In this document: piece by piece, positions 15,496 to 24,850 of the stretch
Position numbering within the stretch: the stretch's first letter is position 1
Layout of the letters: every line of letters begins with the position of its first letter
Assembly (NCBI GenBank): GCA_048013815.1
Contig: CM106586.1
Location: 16,802,001-16,866,000 of the forward strand
Length of the DNA: 64,000 nt
Reading direction: 5' to 3'
Origin: Setoptus koraiensis
Lineage: Eukaryota > Animalia > Arthropoda
Notes under the pieces: generated by a model
Database searches by the model: none
Seen by the model: only the letters and a program-made list of their open reading frames with translations
What the model was told of the DNA's origin: nothing
Made by a program: the position numbers and the translations under genes

Positions 15496-17019
15496 GGCGG
15501 CGGCCTCAACAACAGCAACAACCACCACTCGAACAATGCCAGCAACATCAACTGCACCATGAGCAACAACAACAACAACAGCAACGGCCATCAGACACAC
15601 AGCACAACCTCAGCTCACCACCACCACCACCACCACAATTACCTGGCCAGTGGTCACTACAATGCGGCGCCTAGCGGCCTGTGTCGCTTGCCACCTAGCG
15701 ACTTTGACCACAATCATCATGTTTTATTGCAGCAATACGGCAGCGGCGGCGGCGGCACATTGTCGTCTTCGTCGTTGTGCAACAATGGCGTTGATTACGC
15801 AATGGCCGGTTGGCCGCACAATAACTCGACAGCGGCATCAAACAGCAGTCAAAATCAAAATCACAGTCAGCAGCAGCAGCATCTGGGCAAACAACAACAG
15901 GGCAACAATTTGCAAGGTTTGCAATTCAACAGAGACAGACAACACTCGGCCTCCGTGAGGCTGCAATCCGTGCACTCCAGTCAAAACAACAACAACAGCA
16001 ACAACAACAGCAACAACAACAGCAACAGCAACAACAACAGCAACAACAATGCCGGCTATTGCGCCAACTACAACGCTAACAAGCTGGCCCAATCGGGCTA
16101 CGCGACCCACAACGACAACAATAGCTCGTCGTCGTCGTCGTCGTCCTCCTGTCACTCGCAACAATCGTCCTCCTATTACCTGTCGACGTCGTCATCTTCC
16201 TCGTCATCATCGCCAATATCTTCGCCGCCTGTTTCGTGTTTGTCCACAACGCAAACAACGCCAGCGAGCGTCGCCAACAGTCAGCTGATTGTCAACTGCG
16301 GCTCTCCGCTGGCACTGTCCACTGGTTGTTGTTTGTATCATCAACAGCAACAACAACAGCAACCGTTATTAGCTTTACACCGTCACAATCAGGCTAGTCG
16401 TCATCATGTTTACCTCCAACAGCAACAGCAACAACAACAACAGCAGCACCAGCACCGTCTCAGCCATAACTCACCGGCCTCCATGTCGCCCAATTCCTCG
16501 GTTTATTCTTTCAGATCGTCGGCCACATTCTCGGGTCAGCCGTCGCACAGTTTCCTCAACCGCGACGCCTATTCGCCCATTAATCACAACAACTTGTCGC
16601 AGCACCACCATTCGGCCACCATTGGCAGTCCGTTCAATTTGCACCCATTGGCCGACGCAACGCATTACCTGGCCAACAACAGCAACAGCAACAACAACAA
16701 CAATTATTTTCCCAGCAACAACAACAACAACAATAACGGCACAAACGGCAACGGGCTCAAGTTTTGGCAGTCGCCAAAATTCAATTTTATACGCAAGATC
16801 TGGCATGTTCGCAGGCAACGGCTCATGAGGCAACAATCGAAAGACAGGAAATTGTACAACAACAAGATACAGAATAAACTCAAATTGGTTATTGGCGATT
16901 ACGTTCACTTTCACAAATCGCAGACGTTGTTGAACACGGAAAACGGCATTAATTCGTTGTGCACATCAATGAAGAACGCGCTCGAATTTGGTCTTTACCT
17001 GTCGCAAAAGCTCTATTAA
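11767..17019 (+). CDS. Hypothetical 1750-aa low-complexity protein (poly-Q/N/H/T/S tracts with short helical islands), single exon
   Basis: 5.25-kb stop-free frame with an ATG in an aaaactATGG context. Repeat tracts stay in frame, and GC-rich coding-like segments separate them. No family recognised. Confidence 0.8.
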
Positions 17020-17638
17020 CACACGCAAGCACCTGTCTCGTCGTTATTATCCGTCTTATTAACGGGCCAGTGATCGGCGTGATGATAGCCATCGACGACG
17101 GCACGATAACGGACGACTTGCGACACGACCTGGGCGCGCCAACTGCACACTGATTGTGATCTAATTATCAGTGCGACTTAATTGTTAATTACCATAACTG
17201 CTGTTGTTGCGCAACAACAACCGTGAGCATCGATGAACGACAGCGGCCGTCACTGGCCGTCACTGGCCGTCATTGGCCGTCATTGGCCGATACACGACGA
17301 GCGAGCGACCGGCGAGACCAGTGAGCAGTAAGTGATTAGCGCCGAAATGTATCGAGATTTTATTTTATTACTGCGCTGCAAATGGACACGAGAACGCAAA
17401 CGAAAACTGGAATGCATGATATATAGATCACGATTATAATTATGGCTGCACCACTGCTGCTGCTGCTGTTGCGATTATGATGATTGCGGTTGCCAGAAGA
17501 ACAAATTGCGCAACAAAAGCAACCACTTTTGCCTCACTGACAAGCACCAGCGAACAGCGAAATATCAACAACTGCCGCCTGTCGCTGGATCACAACAATG
17601 CCGTGTCGTGTATCATTAGCCATGAACAACAACAACAA

Positions 17639-17685
<47 letters not shown>

Positions 17686-18479
17686 ACAACAACAACAACG
17701 ACAACAACGAGCCGCTTATTGATTAGTATCGGAACTAGTTGCGCAACAGCGACAGTTCGACGGTTGCTGCGCGTTGCCGGATTGGTCGTCATCGTCGTCG
17801 TGTTCCTTTTTTATTGTCTAACATTAATTGATAGCACACCTCTTATTGCAACTATATATTATTATACATAAATAAACATTTGTGTTAATTGACACAACAA
17901 CAACAACAACGACAAGCGCACACAATCAATTTGGCCTCGAATGTCGCTTTCGAGAGCTCCCCTTCGTTCTTTGCACCATTCTTTTCGCTGTTCTTTTCGC
18001 TGTTCTTTTCGCCATTCTTTTCATGTGTGGCTTGCGTGTGTGTGTCTGAGTGTGCCAACAAGTGCTTTCAGACGGCAGTTGCATCACCTATTCACAAGTC
18101 ACCTATTGAGTCGCTCTAACAACAAACACACACTGTGTCAGTCAGTGGCAACGAGCAATATAAATGTTTCCGTCGTCAAGCTAGCTTGCCGCCACGGCAA
18201 CACCAACAACGGCAGCCAACATCGATAGGCATGAATAATCTGTGTGCGAAAACATACACAACGAATCATACTATTGGCGTGTGGCCATAGAAAATTGGAC
18301 TGTCTATTTTCGGCATTGTTTTCGCTATTTTCACTGTTCCCGACCGAAAAACGGAGCCGCTAAAAAGATTCGGAAAAAGAGTCGAAAAAAGTCCAAAAAA
18401 GAGTTGGAAAAAGAGTCGAAAAGAGATGGAAAAAAGGGTAAAACCCTAAAAACGAGATTTTCGTGGGCACTAGTTTTAG

Positions 18480-18485
18480 TTTATT
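18480..18485 (-). promoter_or_regulatory. AATAAA poly(A) signal for monooxygenase copy A
   Basis: tttatt on + strand, ~140 nt downstream of the copy A stop codon. Confidence 0.5.
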
Positions 18486-18626
18486 TCAACACAGATTAAG
18501 GTATTGCGCGTTCACATTTTGAGTCGCCGATCGTCAGCTCGAGACGTGACCATCACGACTTTTTTTCTACACTTTTTATATCCGTACGAATTGTAATAAT
18601 CACTTCTGGCAAGCACCACAAAGCCG

Positions 18627-20918
18627 TCAGATATTTCTGACGGATCGCTCTTTCACCACGGGCACGAGACCTTCGATTATGGGCCGAGCCTTGGGCACGA
18701 GAGCGTCCACACCTTTTTTGCCGCCCCCGTTAGCGGCCACAATTAGTCCCGTCACAGCGTTCATGGAACTCATGAAGGCGCCCTCTAGCCAACCGCCCAA
18801 ATGAGAATAGCTGTCGCCAGCCAAAAAGAATCGATTGTCGAGCTCGCCATCGAGGGCGTGCGTGTGATAACGGAAACACAGGTGAGTGTTGAAATGTCCG
18901 CCTGCCGAGTCCAGTTTGAAGGCGCCCGAGGCGTGACTAGTGTTCCAGTCGTACGACAGTGTTTGCGTCATGTGTCGCTCTCCTTGGTTGCCCATCAATT
19001 GTCCGAACCACCAGCGCTTGTATTCGCCATCGAGGGGGTCCTTGACGTCGTGCACAGTGTGATTTATAATGTTCGTGATCATTTCTTCATGTTTTTTCGG
19101 TTCTGACTTGTCCCGTTTAGAAATGGGGTACGTCTTGAGCTTGTGCTGCAGCCTTTTGGTGTCGTCCTCCCACGCGTAGCTGATTAGAAAACTGTAATAT
19201 TTGGGGTTTTCTTTGTCATGCAACGAACTGGGCACAATGTAACTCGAGCCAAGCCCACAATCCGATACAACGGCCTTGATTTTTTCTTGCTTAAATTCGT
19301 GAGCGTACTTCTCGAAAACATCCGCCTTAATGGTGCCGAAAATCTTGGACGAGCCAACGAGATTCAATTGATTGATGGCGGCAAAGATATTTACATTGAC
19401 AGGCTCGAATTTGTCGCTCAACATGAGAGCCGGCCTCACCGAAATCGCTCTATCGGCCTGCCGAGCGAAGTCGCCGATAGTGACATCGTGTGCGCGTCCC
19501 GAAAAACCGGCCCGACGAGTTATAGAGCTCAACTGATGCGGCGGCACTGCCAAAATGACGTAATCGTGTTCGTTTTGCAACAGGCGATTCTCTTCTTTTC
19601 CGTAAAAGAAAACTTCTTTCTTGTAAAAGAAAACGAGGGCCTTCTTGGATCCGACACCGTCGCCGGTGTGACAGACATCGCAGACGCGCCCTCGAACGAA
19701 ATCGACCTCGAGGTTCTCATTGTTGCATATGGATTTTTCATAGAGTCCACTGATAAATTCAACGTTCTCCCTGACGGGGAGCGTGAATTCGTAGCTATAA
19801 CTCCACAGGATCAGGCGCATCATTTCGAGAATGGACATGTTGAACAGCGGCTTGAAGCTGCCCGTGCCAAACCCGAAACAGCCGAACAGTTCCACGCAGT
19901 AGTTGAGCTTTTCGTCGTAGTCCTCTAGCCCTTCGATTTCCAGCGGATTCTTTAGTTTTTCCCTGAGGATCATGTTGACTGCCGACCCGAGAGTGAGATT
20001 ATCGTATTTGTTGACAAATTCTTTCCAGCCTCGCTGAATCTCTTCAAGTTTTGAGGGTGTAATTTGGTCGCTTTTGAGGTCTTCACTGATTTTGGCCGGA
20101 TCTTTGCCAGCTATCTTGAACATACTGATGTTGATGTTGTCAAGATGTTCGTTAGTTTTCTCGTCCACACCATACCCTTTCCCTACTAACCCGTCGGCCA
20201 CCCATTCTGAGACTTTTTTAGTGAGCGAATCCTTTTTATCCCATTTGCCGGCTGTGTACCTGTCGACACGATCGCCGAAAACAAACTCGGTAGGAACCTT
20301 GCCGGGGTTGGGAAAGACACCAATGGGTGCATCTTTTCCGAACACAGCATCGACGTATTTCCATGTGAGGCCAGCGATTTTCGGAAAACGCATAGCGCCG
20401 ATCTCGTAGACCGCGTGGTCGCGTTTTGATTCGGCTCCTCTGCTTCTGGCTGCGAACACCCTGCCAGCTCGCTTACATTTGGTGTCCACAGTCGAGAAAT
20501 TTACTGGAGTGCCGCCAGTTAATGAGCACACTCCGTGTTCCGAAGAGCAAAAAGAGAAATGATTCGGGTCCGGCTCGTATACTTTGACACGAATTTTTCC
20601 CGATTTTCTCGCTCGGGCCACCTTTGACAGCTCGTACAGGGAGGCAATGCCCGACGCGCCACCACCAACGATCGCGATGTTGAAATCTTTGCCCTCTGGT
20701 AGCGTGCCAAGAGCCTCTTGGTTCTGAGTGACGTCGGCGTATGGCACGTGCAAAGAATCTGGATGCCGATAATATTTGCCGTCACCAATGACCTCAGAGA
20801 CCTTTTTCGGAACATCGGGACGTATCCCAATAGGCTTCGCCGATTTTGAACGGATACTAATCAGCATGTCCTCCTGAACAGGCTCATCGATGAGCCTCGG
20901 CATGACGGTAATACCCAT
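18627..20918 (-). CDS. Phenylalanine 2-monooxygenase precursor (proPAO)-like flavoenzyme, IaaM/tryptophan 2-monooxygenase family, copy A (763 aa)
   Basis: FAD motif IAIVGGGASG; EIGAMRFP; FPNPGKVPTEFVFG; GFGTGSFKPL; GSSK; SYAWEDD; GAFKL; LCFRYHTHAL; SYSHLGGWLEGAFMS. The N-terminus MGITVMPRL...RHPDS matches the recalled Pseudomonas sp. P-501 proPAO start (MGVTVIPRL...RHPDS). Intronless, CAACAATGG start context. Confidence 0.93.
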   Translation of the reverse strand: MGITVMPRLIDEPVQEDMLISIRSKSAKPIGIRPDVPKKVSEVIGDGKYYRHPDSLHVPYADVTQNQEALGTLPEGKDFNIAIVGGGASGIASLYELSKVARARKSGKIRVKVYEPDPNHFSFCSSEHGVCSLTGGTPVNFSTVDTKCKRAGRVFAARSRGAESKRDHAVYEIGAMRFPKIAGLTWKYVDAVFGKDAPIGVFPNPGKVPTEFVFGDRVDRYTAGKWDKKDSLTKKVSEWVADGLVGKGYGVDEKTNEHLDNINISMFKIAGKDPAKISEDLKSDQITPSKLEEIQRGWKEFVNKYDNLTLGSAVNMILREKLKNPLEIEGLEDYDEKLNYCVELFGCFGFGTGSFKPLFNMSILEMMRLILWSYSYEFTLPVRENVEFISGLYEKSICNNENLEVDFVRGRVCDVCHTGDGVGSKKALVFFYKKEVFFYGKEENRLLQNEHDYVILAVPPHQLSSITRRAGFSGRAHDVTIGDFARQADRAISVRPALMLSDKFEPVNVNIFAAINQLNLVGSSKIFGTIKADVFEKYAHEFKQEKIKAVVSDCGLGSSYIVPSSLHDKENPKYYSFLISYAWEDDTKRLQHKLKTYPISKRDKSEPKKHEEMITNIINHTVHDVKDPLDGEYKRWWFGQLMGNQGERHMTQTLSYDWNTSHASGAFKLDSAGGHFNTHLCFRYHTHALDGELDNRFFLAGDSYSHLGGWLEGAFMSSMNAVTGLIVAANGGGKKGVDALVPKARPIIEGLVPVVKERSVRNI

Positions 20919-21015
20919 TGTTGATGATTTAGATGTTACTTTCGCGAATAAAACTGATTCTTTCGGTTTGGATAACTTCGAGCTTGATTGTCCGATGACA
21001 CTTTGAAATTTGACA

Positions 21016-21370
21016 ATGAGGTTTTGACCTGTGAGTTGTGACGAGTGAACTTTGACGATTTAGTTTAGATTTTCAAGTTTTGACTGTTGAGTTTTGACTG
21101 GGAGTTATTGACTAATGGTTTCTGACTATCATGATTTGACTGTTGGTTTGATTATCTATTTGTTTAATTGTCTGATTTGAGCAAGTCAATTGAATTGAAG
21201 CTTAAACTTTAACTGATGATAAAATGCTCTGAAGTGAACGGTCTTTTATATTGTCTTACATCGAGGACAACCAAAAAATAGTCTCACACATAGCCATCGT
21301 GAAGCACCCAACGATGCACTCGAGTCGAGCGCGTGTGACAAGGCTACAGTACGCACAGAAAGTATGAAAC
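21016..21370 (-). repeat. Duplicated 5' leader/promoter block of copy A (paralog of 24851-25245)
   Basis: Near-identical to the block upstream of copy B, including an 84-nt perfect match (21016-21099 = 24851-24934). Confidence 0.9.
21211..21250 (-). promoter_or_regulatory. TATA box (TATAAAAG) plus arthropod-type initiator (TCATCAGTT) for copy A
   Basis: The minus strand has TATAAAA starting at 21250 and TCAGTT at 21216-21211, 33-36 nt downstream. The arrangement is identical in copy B. Confidence 0.7.
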
Positions 21371-21428
21371 AGTGGTGGCTATCAAGAAAAACTAAAAAAA
21401 AATACTCCATGCCAATTCTCTTTTTTCC

Positions 21429-21899
21429 CGAAGCACGCTCGGCGACGAGCTTGATGAAAAGTCGCCCACTTATGTCATTCAGAAGTTGGAGACAAGAGGG
21501 CAGAGAATCAGAAAAGGGTGTCTCTGGAAAACACCAGTTCCTTCGTTATTAGTCGTAAAGACATACAGGCTTACAAGGAAACCTCCTTGTTAGGCAGTGA
21601 AAAACTGAAAGATGCCGAATCTTCGGAAGGAAGTTTCAAGAGATCCAGTGAGAAATAGGTATAATTCGTTGATGATATCGTCAACCTCAATTTGGAGTTG
21701 TCGGTTAGAGCGCGAAAGAGTGTGCCAACATGAACATGCTCATTGCAGTCACTCGATAGAATTTCGAACCTTCGAAATTCGATTGGTTGAGATTCGAAGG
21801 TCCGTCCAAGTTTCTCGGAACCATCGAGGCAAAGCGAGCAGCTTGCCCGCGATGGATGACGGTGCCTTCGACAAGATGGCTTGGCCATATTTATATTGA
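21429..21899 (+). pseudogene. Heavily deleted inverted remnant of the monooxygenase gene (psi-D)
   Basis: + strand patches translate as RSTLGDELDEKSPT (copy B: RYTRNDWLNEDSPT), GPSKFLGTIEA at 21799-21831 (copy A: GSSKIFGTIKA) and WLGHIYI (GLGSSYI), with stops and frame changes between them. Confidence 0.65.
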
Positions 21900-22079
21900 T
21901 TTGCTTGTGACTGGCACACACCGCGCCAGACCAACAGGTGAGACGAGTTTAGCGCTAGCAGCGCCGAGCCATTGCCAAGTTGCGACAGCAGCAGTGAGTG
22001 TGTTCGCATGTCAGTGGTGAAACAATTCTTTTATGCGTTCTTTTTTGACGTCTCTTTCGAGCGCGTTCTCTTCTGTGAC
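21891..22079. repeat. Conserved non-coding block Q1 (paralog of 26336-26605)
   Basis: Shares tgtgactggcacac, gccagaccaacaggtgagacgagttt and gaaacaattcttttatgcgttc with Q2. Confidence 0.85.
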
Positions 22080-22400
22080 TCACAGACTGTGAGAGCTTTT
22101 CTGTGGAGTCGTGGGCTGCGTCTCCTGTTCACTGCCTGTTAGACTGTACCGCGTGGAAAACTGTACCGCCGATGTCTCCGACTGTAGTTCAAAGAAAGGA
22201 CGGGAGGGGCGCTCACATAAGTCGATAAATGCATCAAGAGCTTAGGTCACCTGGGTTAGGTGTTGCGATAAAGTTACGTTTCTAGTTTTTTTTTCCTGCT
22301 AACTTGTTTTTCATTCATTCCATATCGCGCACGAACCTTTCACACGCAGAAAGCGACTTCAAACGATTCTTTCTTGAACTACAGCGATTATCGCAACTTT

Positions 22401-22406
22401 TTTATT
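22401..22406 (-). promoter_or_regulatory. AATAAA poly(A) signal for monooxygenase copy B
   Basis: tttatt on + strand, ~55 nt downstream of the copy B stop codon. Confidence 0.5.
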
Positions 22407-22460
22407 ATTACTGTTACATTATTACACAATGGGTATTTTATGGCTGGAAATCCGAATTAT

Positions 22461-24707
22461 TCAGATTTTTCTGGTGGATCGGTTTTTCACCACGGGCTCG
22501 AGACCTTCGATTATGGGCCGAGCTTTGGGCACGAGAGCGTCCACACCTTTTTGCCCGCCCCCGTTAGCGGCCACAATTAGTCCCGTAACAGCGTTCATGG
22601 AACTCATGAAGGCTCCCTCTAGCCAACCGCCTATGTGAGAGACGCTGTCTCCGGCCAAAAAGAATCGATTGTCGAGCTCGCCATCGAGGGCGTGCGTGTG
22701 ATAACGGAAACACAGGTGAGCGTTGTAATGTCCGCCCGGCAAGTCCATCTTGAAGGCACCCGAGGTATAGCTGGTAGTCCAGTCGTACGACAGCGTTTGT
22801 GTCAGGTGCTTCTGGTGCTCGTCGTCGGCCATTAGTTGTCCGAACCACCAACGTTTGTATTCGCCATCTTCGGGGTCCCTGACTTCGCGCACAGTGTGAT
22901 TTATGATGCTTGTGATCATGTGTTCGTGTTTTTTCGGCTTGGACTTACCCGCGTGGTTAATGGGGTACGCCTTGAACTTGTGTTGCAATTTTCTCGAGTC
23001 ATCATCCCACGCGTAGCTGATAAGAAAACCGTAATATTTGGGGTCACTTTTGTCGCCCAGTGAACTGGGCACAATGTAACTTGAGCCGAGCCCACAATCC
23101 GATACGACCGCTTTGATTTTTTGTCCGTGAAAATCGCGAGCGAACCTGTTGAAAACGTCAGCCCTAATGGTGCCCCAAACCTTGGATGAGCCACACATGT
23201 TCACCTGATCGATGGCAGTGAAGATATTCACATTGACAGACTCGAACTTGTCGCTCAACATGAGAGCCGGCCTCACCGAAATCGCTTTATCGGCCTGTCG
23301 AGTGTAGTCGCCAATTTTGACATTGTGAGCGCGTCCCGAAAAACCGGCCCGACGAGTTATAGAGCTCATCTGATGCGGCGGCACCGCCAGAATGACATAA
23401 TCGAATTCGTCGTGCAAAAGGCGATTGTCTTCCTCTCCTCTTTCACTCCTGTAATAGAAAACTAGAGCCTTCTTGAGTCGGGCATTGTCGCCGGTGTGAC
23501 AGACGTCGCAAACGCGCCCTCGAACTACTTCGACCTCAAAATTCTCATTGTTGCAATGGGATATTCTGAACAGACCCCTGATGAATTCGACATTCTCCTT
23601 GACAGGTAGCGAGAATTCATAGTCGTAGCTCCACAAGGACAGGCGTATCGTTTCTAGGACGGATGTACTGAACTCGGACCTGACGCCTCCCGTGCCAAAC
23701 CCGAAACAGCCGAACAGTTGTACGCAATATTGTAGCTTTTCTTCGTCGCTTTCTAGTCCTTCGATTTTCAATTTTTTCATTTCCGCCAGTTTGGTCTTGA
23801 GAACCTTGGTCACTGCCGACCCCAGGCTGAGATTGTCGTGTCTCGTGACGTATTCTTTCCACGCTCGCTGCATCTCTTCAAGATTTGAGATTTTTTCGGC
23901 TTTGAGGTCTTCGCCGAATTTCGCCGCATCTTTGCCGTTGATCTTGAACTCGTCCAAACAAACATCTGGAAGCGGGTTTCCCTTTTTGTCTTTGTACGGA
24001 TTTCCTATTAGCGCATCATTAACCCATTTCGAGACCAGTTTAGTGGGCGAATCCTCATTCAGCCAATCGTTGCGTGTGTACCTGTCGACGCGATCACCGA
24101 AAACAAACTCTGTAGGGACTGTTCCGGGGTTGGGAAACTCGCTTATGATGGCGTCTTCGCCGAACACAGCCTGAGCGTATTTCCACGTGAGCCCGGCAGT
24201 TTCCGGGAAACGCATGGCTCCTATCTCGTAGACAGCGTGGTCCTCTTTAATCACATCGCCCTTACTTCTGGCTGCGAACACTCTACCGGCTCGCTTACAT
24301 TTGGTGTCCACCTTCAAGGAATTCAGCGATGAGCAGACTCCAAATTCACAAAAAGAGAAATGATTCGGGTCCGGCTCGTATAATTTAACATGGATTTTCC
24401 CCGATTTTCTCGCTCGGGCCACCTTTGACAGCTCGTGCAGGGAGGCAATACCCGATGGGCCACCGCCAACGATTGCGATATTGTAATCAACGCCCTCTGG
24501 TAGCGTGCCGAGAGCCTCTTGGCCCTGGGTGACGTCGGCGTATGACGCGTGCAAAGAATCAGGGTGCCGAAAGTATTTGCCGACACCACTGACTTCCGAG
24601 ATCTTCTTTTTGAGAATTACATGGGGAATGGCCGATTTCGAAGTGCTTCGAGGGATATAAGCCTCAGGAGCACCGGCGAACAGTCTTGGCATCATGGTAA
24701 TACCCAT
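22461..24707 (-). CDS. Phenylalanine 2-monooxygenase precursor (proPAO)-like flavoenzyme, copy B (748 aa), with altered substrate pocket
   Basis: Same motif set as copy A. The true ATG is at 24707 (CAAAATGG context, MGITMMPRL); the track's start at 24737 is a TTG. Intronless. Confidence 0.93.
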   Translation of the reverse strand: MGITMMPRLFAGAPEAYIPRSTSKSAIPHVILKKKISEVSGVGKYFRHPDSLHASYADVTQGQEALGTLPEGVDYNIAIVGGGPSGIASLHELSKVARARKSGKIHVKLYEPDPNHFSFCEFGVCSSLNSLKVDTKCKRAGRVFAARSKGDVIKEDHAVYEIGAMRFPETAGLTWKYAQAVFGEDAIISEFPNPGTVPTEFVFGDRVDRYTRNDWLNEDSPTKLVSKWVNDALIGNPYKDKKGNPLPDVCLDEFKINGKDAAKFGEDLKAEKISNLEEMQRAWKEYVTRHDNLSLGSAVTKVLKTKLAEMKKLKIEGLESDEEKLQYCVQLFGCFGFGTGGVRSEFSTSVLETIRLSLWSYDYEFSLPVKENVEFIRGLFRISHCNNENFEVEVVRGRVCDVCHTGDNARLKKALVFYYRSERGEEDNRLLHDEFDYVILAVPPHQMSSITRRAGFSGRAHNVKIGDYTRQADKAISVRPALMLSDKFESVNVNIFTAIDQVNMCGSSKVWGTIRADVFNRFARDFHGQKIKAVVSDCGLGSSYIVPSSLGDKSDPKYYGFLISYAWDDDSRKLQHKFKAYPINHAGKSKPKKHEHMITSIINHTVREVRDPEDGEYKRWWFGQLMADDEHQKHLTQTLSYDWTTSYTSGAFKMDLPGGHYNAHLCFRYHTHALDGELDNRFFLAGDSVSHIGGWLEGAFMSSMNAVTGLIVAANGGGQKGVDALVPKARPIIEGLEPVVKNRSTRKI

Positions 24708-24850
24708 TTTGGATGTTTTTCGTTGACACTTTGACAAATAAAACTGTTTCTATCGGGTTGAATTACTATCTGTGGCTTGATTACTTGGTATCACTTGGGA
24801 TTTTGACTATGGGATTTTGACCATGGGATTTTGACTATGAGGTTGTGACT

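Noticed and set aside
21000-21150. Multiple TTGAC(C/T) words as plant WRKY W-boxes
   Set aside because: They lie in an animal gene's leader as part of a degenerate tandem repeat; plant transcription factors would not act on this chromatin.
24708-24737. ORF-track starts at 24737, 41902, 50553 and 54285
   Set aside because: These are TTG/GTG codons or internal exon positions; true ATGs or splice acceptors were identified nearby.
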